DNA of 64,000 bases from Bacteroidota bacterium. Its GTDB lineage: Bacteria > Bacteroidota > Ignavibacteria > UBA10030 > SZUA-254. Below, piece after piece: positions 29,983 through 37,915 of this stretch (positions are counted from its first letter, which is position 1; every line of letters begins with the position of its first letter). The translations under genes were made by a program, and so were the position numbers. The stretch spans positions 18,590 through 82,589 of the forward strand of contig DATIXJ010000027.1 in assembly GCA_035518715.1 (NCBI GenBank). Direction: 5' to 3'. Below the pieces are notes generated by a model. That model saw nothing but the letters and a program-made list of their open reading frames with translations, made no database searches and had not been told where the DNA came from.

Positions 29983-30926
29983 TGGTCGAACAGTCGTTCA
30001 TAGAACAGATCCTCCGGGGAGAACGTATCGCGATTGCCCGTGCAATCTCGCTTGTTGAAAATGAGCACCGCGATGCCGTAGAGCTTCTGAGAAAACTCTA
30101 TCCCAAAACAGGTTCAGCGTACCGTATCGGTATTACCGGTCCGCCGGGTGCCGGCAAGAGCACGATGACGAACAAGCTCGCGAAGCTCTACCGCGGGGAG
30201 AACAAACGCGTGGGCATCATCGCGGTAGATCCGACGAGTCCGTTTACCGGCGGTGCGCTCCTCGGCGACCGCGTGCGTATGACCGATGTCGAGCTTGACG
30301 AGCAGGTCTTCATCCGCAGCATGGCATCACGCGGAAGTCTCGGCGGTTTGAGCAAGAAAGCGAAGGAAGCGGCAGATGTCCTCGATGCCTCGGGATGTGA
30401 CATCATCCTGATGGAGACGGTCGGTGTGGGGCAATCCGAGCTCGATATCGTGCGGGCGGCGGATACGACCGTTGTCGTGCTCGTTCCCGAATCCGGCGAT
30501 TCAATACAGGCGATGAAAGCCGGACTGATGGAGATTGCGGATTTCTTCGTCATTAATAAAGCCGATCGGGCGGGTGCTGAGCAGGCCGCGATGTCGATCA
30601 AGACTGTCCTCGGCTTCAAGCCGCAGGAAGGCGAGTGGATTCCCGATGTCCTGCAGACTGTGGCAAGTGAAGGGAAGGGCGTCGAACGCGTTGCCGAGAT
30701 GATCGCGTCGCACCGGGCCCACCTCGTGAGACAGAAACTTCTCACACAAAAACGTGACCAGCGTATTGCTGAGCGGGTTCGTGAACTCGTGGGAGAACGC
30801 CTGCACGTCGAGTTCTGGAGCCAGGAACGGAAACAGCTTCTTGCGGAAAAACTCACCGAACTCTCATCCCGCCGTTCGACTCCTTACGATATCGCAGAGG
30901 AATTGATCAAGCACGCAAAAAAGTGA
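29982..30926 (+). CDS. meaB: MeaB/ArgK-type G3E GTPase (methylmalonyl-CoA mutase chaperone family)
   Basis: GITGPPGAGKST, ETVGVGQSE and NKAD are present. The GTG start overlaps the preceding stop by 1 nt. Confidence 0.88.
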   Translation: MVEQSFIEQILRGERIAIARAISLVENEHRDAVELLRKLYPKTGSAYRIGITGPPGAGKSTMTNKLAKLYRGENKRVGIIAVDPTSPFTGGALLGDRVRMTDVELDEQVFIRSMASRGSLGGLSKKAKEAADVLDASGCDIILMETVGVGQSELDIVRAADTTVVVLVPESGDSIQAMKAGLMEIADFFVINKADRAGAEQAAMSIKTVLGFKPQEGEWIPDVLQTVASEGKGVERVAEMIASHRAHLVRQKLLTQKRDQRIAERVRELVGERLHVEFWSQERKQLLAEKLTELSSRRSTPYDIAEELIKHAKK

Positions 30927-30970
30927 ATGCCGGTGCAACGGCAGACCGATTGATTCCCGTTCCGGGTTTC

Positions 30971-31016
30971 TGAAAAGAAAAATGGGTAACGATCACGTCG
31001 TCGAATCGTTACCCAT
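30971..31016 (-). terminator. Strong rho-independent terminator (minus strand)
   Basis: A perfect 12-bp stem ATGGGTAACGAT/ATCGTTACCCAT (30982-30993 / 31005-31016) is followed on the minus strand by TTTTTCTTTTC. Confidence 0.75.
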
Positions 31017-31105
31017 CGGGACTTTGTAGGAGGATGATCTCTAGATCGAATCAAACGGAAGCCGGCCCCGCCTCCCCAGTGAGGCCGGCGTGTCCGGTCA
31101 TTGCT
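30972..31105 (-). ncRNA. Candidate small RNA (promoter + internal hairpin + terminator)
   Basis: Minus-strand TTGAGA-N17-CATATT (31141-31113), a GCCGGCC...GGCCGGC hairpin and the terminator above. No ORF longer than 25 codons lies in this stretch. Confidence 0.25.
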
Positions 31106-31372
31106 TCAAGTGAATATGCTGAAACGGCGCGTCGTTCTCAATACGGAGTTTCCCTACCCTCCGGATTGGAAAGTTGAGGAAATCAGCAAATATCAAGCAA
31201 TTTGAATTTTTCGGAAAAAGGAGGGAATCCTAATCCTGCAGGAATGCTGCTGTGTGCCGATCTTGTTCTCCGTCTGCCAGGTATTGACCCGGGCTGATCC
31301 GGATCATGGATGCAGAGATGAATTCCGCCGCGATTCAGTCATCCTGCCTTCAATGAATGTTCGCGCACACAC

Positions 31373-32023
31373 CTATTCCGTACCCGACGCGATACCTTCC
31401 CGTACTGCATACTTGGTGAGATCGGCAACAGAATGCAGATCGAGTTTCTTCGAGATGTTCTCGCGATGTTTTTCGATCGTCTTGATGCTCAACCCGAAGC
31501 GGGCCGCAATCTCTTTTGAGGTAAGCCCTTCTGCAATAAGCTGAAGGACTCCCGATTCCTTCGGCGTGAGTTTTCTCGAATCCTCCAGGGATCCCGACAT
31601 GATGCTTCGCAGGATATCCTTCCCCAGGACATTTGCGATTTTTGCACTCACATAAAAACCCCCGCCGGCGACGCTCTTGATGGCGGTGGTAAGCTCATCG
31701 GATGAGCAATTCTTCCGGAGGTATCCTTTTGCTCCCGCCGTCAGCATGTTCGTGACAAACCGCTTGTCGGAGTGCATCGAGAGAGCAACGATCTTTGTTC
31801 GGGGGTAGTTCTCGAGGATCTGGCGCGTGGCTTCGATACCGTTGAGATCGGGCATCGTAATATCCATGAGTACGAGATCCGGATGAAATTTCTTCACGAG
31901 TGATATCGTCTCATATCCGGTTTCCGCCTCACCAACGACCTGGAACCCCTTTCGTGTCAGGAGTTCCGAAAGCCCCTCGCGGACGATCATGTGGTCGTCG
32001 GCGAGCACAATTCTGATCGACAT
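31373..32023 (-). CDS. Response regulator, NarL/LuxR family
   Basis: REC domain (IVLADDH, DLVLMDITMP) plus a LuxR-type HTH (LTPKESGVLQLIAEGLTSKEIA). Confidence 0.92.
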   Translation of the reverse strand: MSIRIVLADDHMIVREGLSELLTRKGFQVVGEAETGYETISLVKKFHPDLVLMDITMPDLNGIEATRQILENYPRTKIVALSMHSDKRFVTNMLTAGAKGYLRKNCSSDELTTAIKSVAGGGFYVSAKIANVLGKDILRSIMSGSLEDSRKLTPKESGVLQLIAEGLTSKEIAARFGLSIKTIEKHRENISKKLDLHSVADLTKYAVREGIASGTE

Positions 32024-32034
32024 AAGTTACCTCC

Positions 32035-35000
32035 TCAGACGTCTGAATCGGTTACCGGCAGGATCAGTGTCACTGCCGTTCCGTCCTGTGGCTGTGAACA
32101 GATTTCGAGATGGGCGCCCAGATGCGTGAGCCGTTCCCGAATGTTAAAAAGACCGAAGCCGCCCTTCCGCTTCAGTGGCGTTTCCAGTATCCGTGTATCA
32201 AATCCCCTCCCGTGATCCTGAATCGTGATCTTCATGACATCAGTGTCAACGGCGATCGCGAGAAATGCGGTCTTCGTTCCCGCATGCTTCACGACATTCG
32301 TCAACAATTCCCGGATTGCGTGGAATGCCACAGTCCGGATTTCCTTCCGAAGCTCGGGGACATGAGGCGGCAGTGAAGAGGAGACCGTCACGCGCAGTTG
32401 ATAGTGCTCTTCCATAAATTCCACGAGCCAGCTGATGGCATCGTTGAAGGCAAGCTCATAGAGCACAGGCGGACTCAGCTCAAAGGTGAGTGTCTGAAGA
32501 TTTTCGAGCGCTTCTTCGAGCAGACGGTTGACCTGCCGCAGGAGCTTCTGGTTTGCCGAATTACCGCGGGCAGTCTTCACTGTGGTGAGCTTTGTCTGGC
32601 AAAATGCCAGCGTCTGGCTGACGGTATCGTGGAGGTATGTCGCCATACGCCGCCGCTCCTCCTCTTCCGTGTTGGAGAGCTCGGTTGCGAGCGATTTCAG
32701 CTGTTCCTGGTATGCCAGCAGCCGTTCTTCGGCGAGCTTTCGTTCGGTGATGTCGATTGCCGTGCTCAACACCGCCGGTTTTCCTTCGAATTCGATTTCT
32801 CCCACCGTGTAATCAACCCATCTTCCCACACCATTCTTCCCGATAATTCTCAGTTCATAATGAAGCTGTTCTTCCGAGCGGCGCGTTCCAATGGCAGCCC
32901 GTGCCTCTGAAATGAGATGACGGTATTCAGGATCGACCATCGTCCCCAATGGCAATTGCGCCATCTCTCCTCTGCTGTACCCTGTAAGTTTTTCCGCGCT
33001 GGAATTGACGTAACGGAGGTCGTCTCCTTCATAAATGAAAATTGCCGAAGATGTCGTTTCCGTAATCATCTCCAGGTTCTTTTCCCGCTGGCGCAGTTCG
33101 ACGGCGTAGTGGCGCTTGCGGAGGAAAAGCATCGTGCCGAGATACATCACCGCGATCGACAAGAATGCTATAAGCCCGACGAACGCCGGTCTCAGGTACA
33201 ATGGCGGAGCGATTGCGAATTCGATCTTCGCCCCGGCGGTGTCATAACGGCCAAATAGGCCTTTTGCCTGAATCTGCAGGGTGTGATCTCCGGGCGGGAG
33301 ATCTGAGAATTTCTTTTCACGTTCGGTCGACCAGTCAGACCACGGAAGTTTATCGAGCTTAGAGCGGGAATATGATTCCCATTCCGGAATCGAACCCCAG
33401 TACGGATACACGCCCCAGCGAACTGAGGCTGCATGCTCCTCGATGGAAGGGGCATTTACTCCGATGCGCGTCGGGGGACACTGAAGCTCATCGAAGTGCA
33501 GAATGTCGACTCCGCCTCCTTCCGTACCGATATAGAGCCGGTCGGACACGACAAAGAGCGGCCAAAGCTTCAGGCTTGTAAGCCCCGCCGAAAGGTGGAT
33601 GGATGACCATGTTCCATTCCGGTAATTCACGATTCCTTCATCACTCCTGGTCGAGACCCAGAGAGCACCGGATGGGTCGACGGCCAAATTCCAGATCTGA
33701 GCATTGATATGGCGGTCTGTCAGCGACATGAGGTGAACAGAATCCTGTCCATCGACATACCCTAACGGGTTCTCGGCATTAGAACCGAACCAGACCCCCG
33801 CGGATGAATCGGCGGCAATTGCAAACACCGTTTCCGCATTGAAGGATTCAAATTCCTTCCATTGATCATCGTGCCACTTGTATAGTCCTCTGCTCGTTCC
33901 AAACCAGAACGACCCGTCCTTCGATTCTACAAATGAATAGACTCTTTTATTGGGGAGTCCGCGCGCCCGTGTCCACGGAATAATCCTCTCTCCCTCGAGA
34001 AGAAACGCACCCGGCTGTTGCGGATCCTCCTTACTGACCGACATGCCGAGAAACCAGAGCCGTCCTTCCTTGTCTGGTAGTATCGCGTGTACCAGAGGTG
34101 CGTCAAGACCACTCTCTCTCCCGAAATGTTTCCAGATCCTCCCGTTCCACCGGTATGCTCCGCCGAACTGACTCCCGCTGCATATCCAGATGTTGCCAGC
34201 GGTATCTTCGGCAATGCCGGTAACGATGGGAATGGGTTTGCCGTCGATATCATCAAACTCCCTCACGATCGTTCCATCCTCCCGGCGGACTTCAATACCA
34301 TTGGCAGTGCCAAGCCAGATGAGGCCATCCCGCGACCGTATGATTGCGTGCACCGTGTTTTTGAGATTGGGAAAGGGATGTTTCCAGTACGACCATCGTT
34401 GTGAAGAGCACTTACACAGGTAGAGCCCGGATTCCGTACCGACCCAGAGATCGCCGTTCTTTCTGTACTTGAAGACGACGGCGGTTCGCATCTGTACGGG
34501 CATCCCGGTGATGGGTCGCCATACCGACTTTTCACGAATCCTTATATCTCCGGATTCGTACAGAGCCAGGACATTTCCGTTCGGTGAAATATCCATGGAT
34601 TGGATGAGCTCATTTCCTTCGTGCGCATTGTAGGCCGGCTTGCGGCCTTCCGACCATTCCCATAAGCCGCGCCAGCTAAATGGAGCTTTCACCCAGGCGA
34701 GGACCTCTCCGTTGCTTCCTTCCACCACGTCGACGATTTCGAAATTCTCCGCTGTCGATTTGAGTTCGAGTTTCCACTCCGACCCGTTCCATCGAAAGAG
34801 TCCGTCGGAGCAGCAGAGCCAGGCCGCACCTCCGGTGAAATGCAGGGGGGGCAGAGGCGGCGAGACGATGGTCTGCGGGATTTTCGGGCGACGGAGCACA
34901 CCGTTGTCGAGAATGAAGAGCGCAGTGTCATGCAAAACCATGTATGTTTCAGGCCCGAACGGAACAATCGCGGTCAGAAAATCGAGTGTTTCATTCCCGT

Positions 35001-35409
35001 AACTTTCCGGAACCGGAATTCTCTGAATCGAATTTGTATCGATTCTGTACGGGCGGCCTTTGTGGATCACGAGCAGCGAGCCATCCAGGCCCGGACAGAC
35101 CCAGGGTATGGCCGAGGGCGAGAAGCTGAACGAATCAGGAATGGCATTCCACCGGTAACCATCGTACCAGGCGATCCCCAATGTCGTGACGACCCACGGG
35201 ATGTCATTTGAAGTTTCGTAAATGCCGAGAACGTGATTCGACGGAAGACCTGATTGTGTTGTGAATGAAGCCCAGCGCCAGGTTTCGAACAGCGGTTCAG
35301 ATTCGTTCTGGGTGTGTACCGGATGGACGGAGATCGCCAGGAGTATGAGCAGCTGGACGGAAAAGAACCATGTCCGCCCGATGGATCGACAGGGAGTAGG
35401 TTGCCTCAC
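32035..35409 (-). CDS. Sensor histidine kinase with periplasmic beta-propeller (Reg_prop) repeats + Y_Y_Y, TM, PAS, HisKA_3 and HATPase domains
   Basis: Repeated W(F/V)GT..GL motifs, a single TM near residue 720, a PAS segment, H-box YLHDTVSQTL and HATPase motifs (NVVKHA, DHGRGF). Confidence 0.88.
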   Translation of the reverse strand: MRQPTPCRSIGRTWFFSVQLLILLAISVHPVHTQNESEPLFETWRWASFTTQSGLPSNHVLGIYETSNDIPWVVTTLGIAWYDGYRWNAIPDSFSFSPSAIPWVCPGLDGSLLVIHKGRPYRIDTNSIQRIPVPESYGNETLDFLTAIVPFGPETYMVLHDTALFILDNGVLRRPKIPQTIVSPPLPPLHFTGGAAWLCCSDGLFRWNGSEWKLELKSTAENFEIVDVVEGSNGEVLAWVKAPFSWRGLWEWSEGRKPAYNAHEGNELIQSMDISPNGNVLALYESGDIRIREKSVWRPITGMPVQMRTAVVFKYRKNGDLWVGTESGLYLCKCSSQRWSYWKHPFPNLKNTVHAIIRSRDGLIWLGTANGIEVRREDGTIVREFDDIDGKPIPIVTGIAEDTAGNIWICSGSQFGGAYRWNGRIWKHFGRESGLDAPLVHAILPDKEGRLWFLGMSVSKEDPQQPGAFLLEGERIIPWTRARGLPNKRVYSFVESKDGSFWFGTSRGLYKWHDDQWKEFESFNAETVFAIAADSSAGVWFGSNAENPLGYVDGQDSVHLMSLTDRHINAQIWNLAVDPSGALWVSTRSDEGIVNYRNGTWSSIHLSAGLTSLKLWPLFVVSDRLYIGTEGGGVDILHFDELQCPPTRIGVNAPSIEEHAASVRWGVYPYWGSIPEWESYSRSKLDKLPWSDWSTEREKKFSDLPPGDHTLQIQAKGLFGRYDTAGAKIEFAIAPPLYLRPAFVGLIAFLSIAVMYLGTMLFLRKRHYAVELRQREKNLEMITETTSSAIFIYEGDDLRYVNSSAEKLTGYSRGEMAQLPLGTMVDPEYRHLISEARAAIGTRRSEEQLHYELRIIGKNGVGRWVDYTVGEIEFEGKPAVLSTAIDITERKLAEERLLAYQEQLKSLATELSNTEEEERRRMATYLHDTVSQTLAFCQTKLTTVKTARGNSANQKLLRQVNRLLEEALENLQTLTFELSPPVLYELAFNDAISWLVEFMEEHYQLRVTVSSSLPPHVPELRKEIRTVAFHAIRELLTNVVKHAGTKTAFLAIAVDTDVMKITIQDHGRGFDTRILETPLKRKGGFGLFNIRERLTHLGAHLEICSQPQDGTAVTLILPVTDSDV

Positions 35410-35563
35410 ACGTTACCGGGTCAGAAATGAAGGGAATACTTCTCTACAGGAACGTAACAAAGTTTCCTTCCAGATGCAATCATCCGGGGGACAAATTACT
35501 CAATCAGCAGAATTGGTGCGGGACATAGCGGGTTGATGAAAAATTTCGTACATTATTCGCACG

Positions 35564-36292
35564 ATGTTTTCAGTTCAGGCGATATCGGTTCTGGGATTGG
35601 GTTTCGTGTTGGGATTGAAGCACGCGCTCGACGCTGACCATCTGGTAACGGTCTCAACGATCGTGAGTGAACGAAAAGGGTTCTGGAGCTCTTCGATTGT
35701 TGGTGCGTTTTGGGGATTTGGACATACCGCGTCGTTGCTCATTGTCGGTCTCGGAGTAATTGCATTTCATCTCGTCATTCCCGGCAGGATCGCGCAGTCG
35801 ATGGAATTCGCGGTGGCACTCATGCTCATCGTTCTCGGTGCGAACCTCCTCTGGAAGATCAGAAAAGGTGCGACATTCCATGTGCATACACACTCGCACG
35901 ATCATCACGTCCACGTCCACCCGCACATCCATGAGGTAGAGCCGGGAAAGCCGCATAACCACGCTGACCTGGATCATCACCGGAAGAAAATCGGCAAGAA
36001 ACCGTTTTTTATCGGAATGGTACACGGCATGGCGGGAAGTGCGGCGTTAATGCTCATCGTTCTTGCAACAATTTCCTCGCGAATTCTGGCATTGCTCTAC
36101 ATCGGGATCTTTGGAATAGGATCCGTCGGCGGGATGTTCCTGATGAGCGCGCTGATTGGAATACCGTTTTCCGTTACCGCGAAACATGAGCGCATCAACG
36201 GAATTATCCGGACAGCCGCGGGGGTGATCAGTTTGACGTTTGGAATTTTTCTTGGGTATCAAATCGGTTTTGTTGACGGGTTATTGCCGTAG
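35564..36292 (+). CDS. NicO-family (NiCoT/UreH-like) nickel/cobalt transporter with His-rich loop
   Basis: Signature LKHALDADH in TM2, His-rich loop HVHTHSHDHHVHVHPHIH...HNHADLDHH, and about 6 TM helices. Confidence 0.8.
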   Translation: MFSVQAISVLGLGFVLGLKHALDADHLVTVSTIVSERKGFWSSSIVGAFWGFGHTASLLIVGLGVIAFHLVIPGRIAQSMEFAVALMLIVLGANLLWKIRKGATFHVHTHSHDHHVHVHPHIHEVEPGKPHNHADLDHHRKKIGKKPFFIGMVHGMAGSAALMLIVLATISSRILALLYIGIFGIGSVGGMFLMSALIGIPFSVTAKHERINGIIRTAAGVISLTFGIFLGYQIGFVDGLLP

Positions 36293-36316
36293 TACTCTTG
36301 AGAACAATTTCCTCAG

Positions 36317-36346
36317 AGGCAGGCGTCGGCCTGCCTTTTCTCTTTT
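36317..36346 (+). terminator. Rho-independent terminator after the NicO gene
   Basis: AGGCAGGC-gtcg-GCCTGCCT followed by TTTCTCTTTTC. Confidence 0.7.
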
Positions 36347-36370
36347 CAGAAACCCCTTTGGAGGAATGTA

Positions 36371-37387
36371 ATGAAAAGAATCCTTCGATGTCCACATGCC
36401 GTTCATCTCCTGTTGTGGATGATTGCGGCAGTTATACCCCTCTCATCCAATTCTGTCTTTGCGCAGCATCATATTGCGATTATGATCCACGGTGGTGCAG
36501 GGACAATCCTCAAATCGAACATGACGGAAGAACGTGAACGGCAATATCGTGACACACTCACTGTCGCACTCATGGCAGGATACCGTATCCTGGAGAACCA
36601 CGGATCGAGTCTAGACGCTGTCGAGGCCGCGATCCATGTGATGGAAGATTGTCCGTTGTTCAATGCTGGCAAGGGAGCGGTATTTACGCATGAAGGAACC
36701 AACGAGCTCGATGCGTCGATGATGGACGGCCTCACGCTCAAGGCGGGTGCAGTTGCGGCAGTAAAACATATCAAGAATCCGATCTCGCTTGCACGGTTGG
36801 TAATGGAAAAATCGAAACATGTGATGCTCGTCGGCGATGGAGCAGAGGCATTTGCAAAGGAGATGGGAGTATCCCTTGTCCCCGCACAATATTTCTACAC
36901 CGAACGGAGATGGAAGGAGCTGCAGAGAGCCATCGAAGAGGAAAAGAGGGAGGGAGCAAAAGACAGCGTAGGGGAAAAGCACGGTACGGTGGGATGCGTT
37001 GCTCTTGACGAAAATGGTAATCTTGCTGCCGGGACGTCGACCGGCGGAATCACGAACAAGCGCTTCGGCCGGGTCGGCGATTCGCCGATCATCGGTGCGG
37101 GAACATATGCGAACAACAGCACCTGTGCGATTTCCGCTACCGGGGACGGAGAATACTTCATCCGTGTCGGGGTTGCGCGGGAGATTTCCGCGCTTGTTTC
37201 GTACAGTCATTTGCCGCTTCGTCAAGCCGCCGACAGCGCGCTCGCAGAGGTGAAAGCCCTCGGCGGGACCGGCGGGGTCATCGTCCTCGATGCGAACGGA
37301 AAAATGGCTATGTCGTTCAATACTGAGGGAATGTACCGCGCGTATATTGACGAATCCGGTAAGCCGGTAGTGCAGATCTATAAGTGA
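36371..37387 (+). CDS. iaaA: Isoaspartyl peptidase / L-asparaginase (Ntn hydrolase, plant-type)
   Basis: Signal peptide, IAIMIHGGAG and the autocleavage site HGTVGCVALD are present. Confidence 0.88.
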   Translation: MKRILRCPHAVHLLLWMIAAVIPLSSNSVFAQHHIAIMIHGGAGTILKSNMTEERERQYRDTLTVALMAGYRILENHGSSLDAVEAAIHVMEDCPLFNAGKGAVFTHEGTNELDASMMDGLTLKAGAVAAVKHIKNPISLARLVMEKSKHVMLVGDGAEAFAKEMGVSLVPAQYFYTERRWKELQRAIEEEKREGAKDSVGEKHGTVGCVALDENGNLAAGTSTGGITNKRFGRVGDSPIIGAGTYANNSTCAISATGDGEYFIRVGVAREISALVSYSHLPLRQAADSALAEVKALGGTGGVIVLDANGKMAMSFNTEGMYRAYIDESGKPVVQIYK

Positions 37388-37463
37388 GGCAGGATTTCGA
37401 CGTTTGTTTTTTTGGGATCAGCTCCCTATCTTGTAAATGTACGTTTCGAAGTTTCTCCATATC

Positions 37464-37826
37464 ATGAACCGATTAGTTCTTAGCGTTATTCTTCTTGTAT
37501 TTGCGTGCAGTGAATTCGATTCACTTCTCAGGGAGGTTGTTCCTCAGGGGCAGCCGTGTTGTTGCGCTTGCTGTCAGAAAGATGGAAATACAGGCATGCA
37601 GTGTCATGCGGGCCGACACGGTTCGCCGTCCCAATGCACCGTTCGTTCAAGCTGCTGTCAGCGGGGAGGGCAGACGATTCTCCCCCAAATGATCAAGGTG
37701 TTATTCAATGAGTGTTCCCGGGGCCCATTCTGCCTTGTACCGATCGACAACTGTCCGAATAGCACACAATATCTGCCCGCTGCGATCTTCTCATCAGCAT
37801 TGTTCCATCCGCCCCAAGGGGCCTGA
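37464..37826 (+). CDS. Cysteine-rich putative lipoprotein (hypothetical)
   Basis: MNRLVLSVILLVFAC is a lipobox-like signal. The mature part has 12 Cys, including PCCCACCQ and SSCCQ. It is the only ORF in the 528-nt gap before the TonB-dependent receptor gene. Confidence 0.4.
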   Translation: MNRLVLSVILLVFACSEFDSLLREVVPQGQPCCCACCQKDGNTGMQCHAGRHGSPSQCTVRSSCCQRGGQTILPQMIKVLFNECSRGPFCLVPIDNCPNSTQYLPAAIFSSALFHPPQGA

Positions 37827-37915
37827 TCCTTCATTGTAAACCGGAGCCCAGAATCCCTTCCATAGTGATGGGGGTTCCGCCATTTATTTCATTCATAAGA
37901 AGAAGGAATTGTTCG

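Noticed and set aside
31254-31544. A 96-aa plus-strand ORF, and an AAGGAGGG element at 31218-31225.
   Set aside because: The ORF is mostly antisense to the LuxR-type regulator gene. The SD-like element is 17 or more nt from any start codon, and the only following frame is 17 codons.
37388-37915. Possible cobalamin or NiCo riboswitch upstream of the TonB-dependent receptor. I also checked 39938-40075 and 40490-40512 upstream of the cupin and cbiM genes.
   Set aside because: I could not find a B12 box (AGYCMGGAGACCKGCC-like), a GCCACTG core or NiCo-type conserved junction sequences by eye. An Infernal scan would be decisive.
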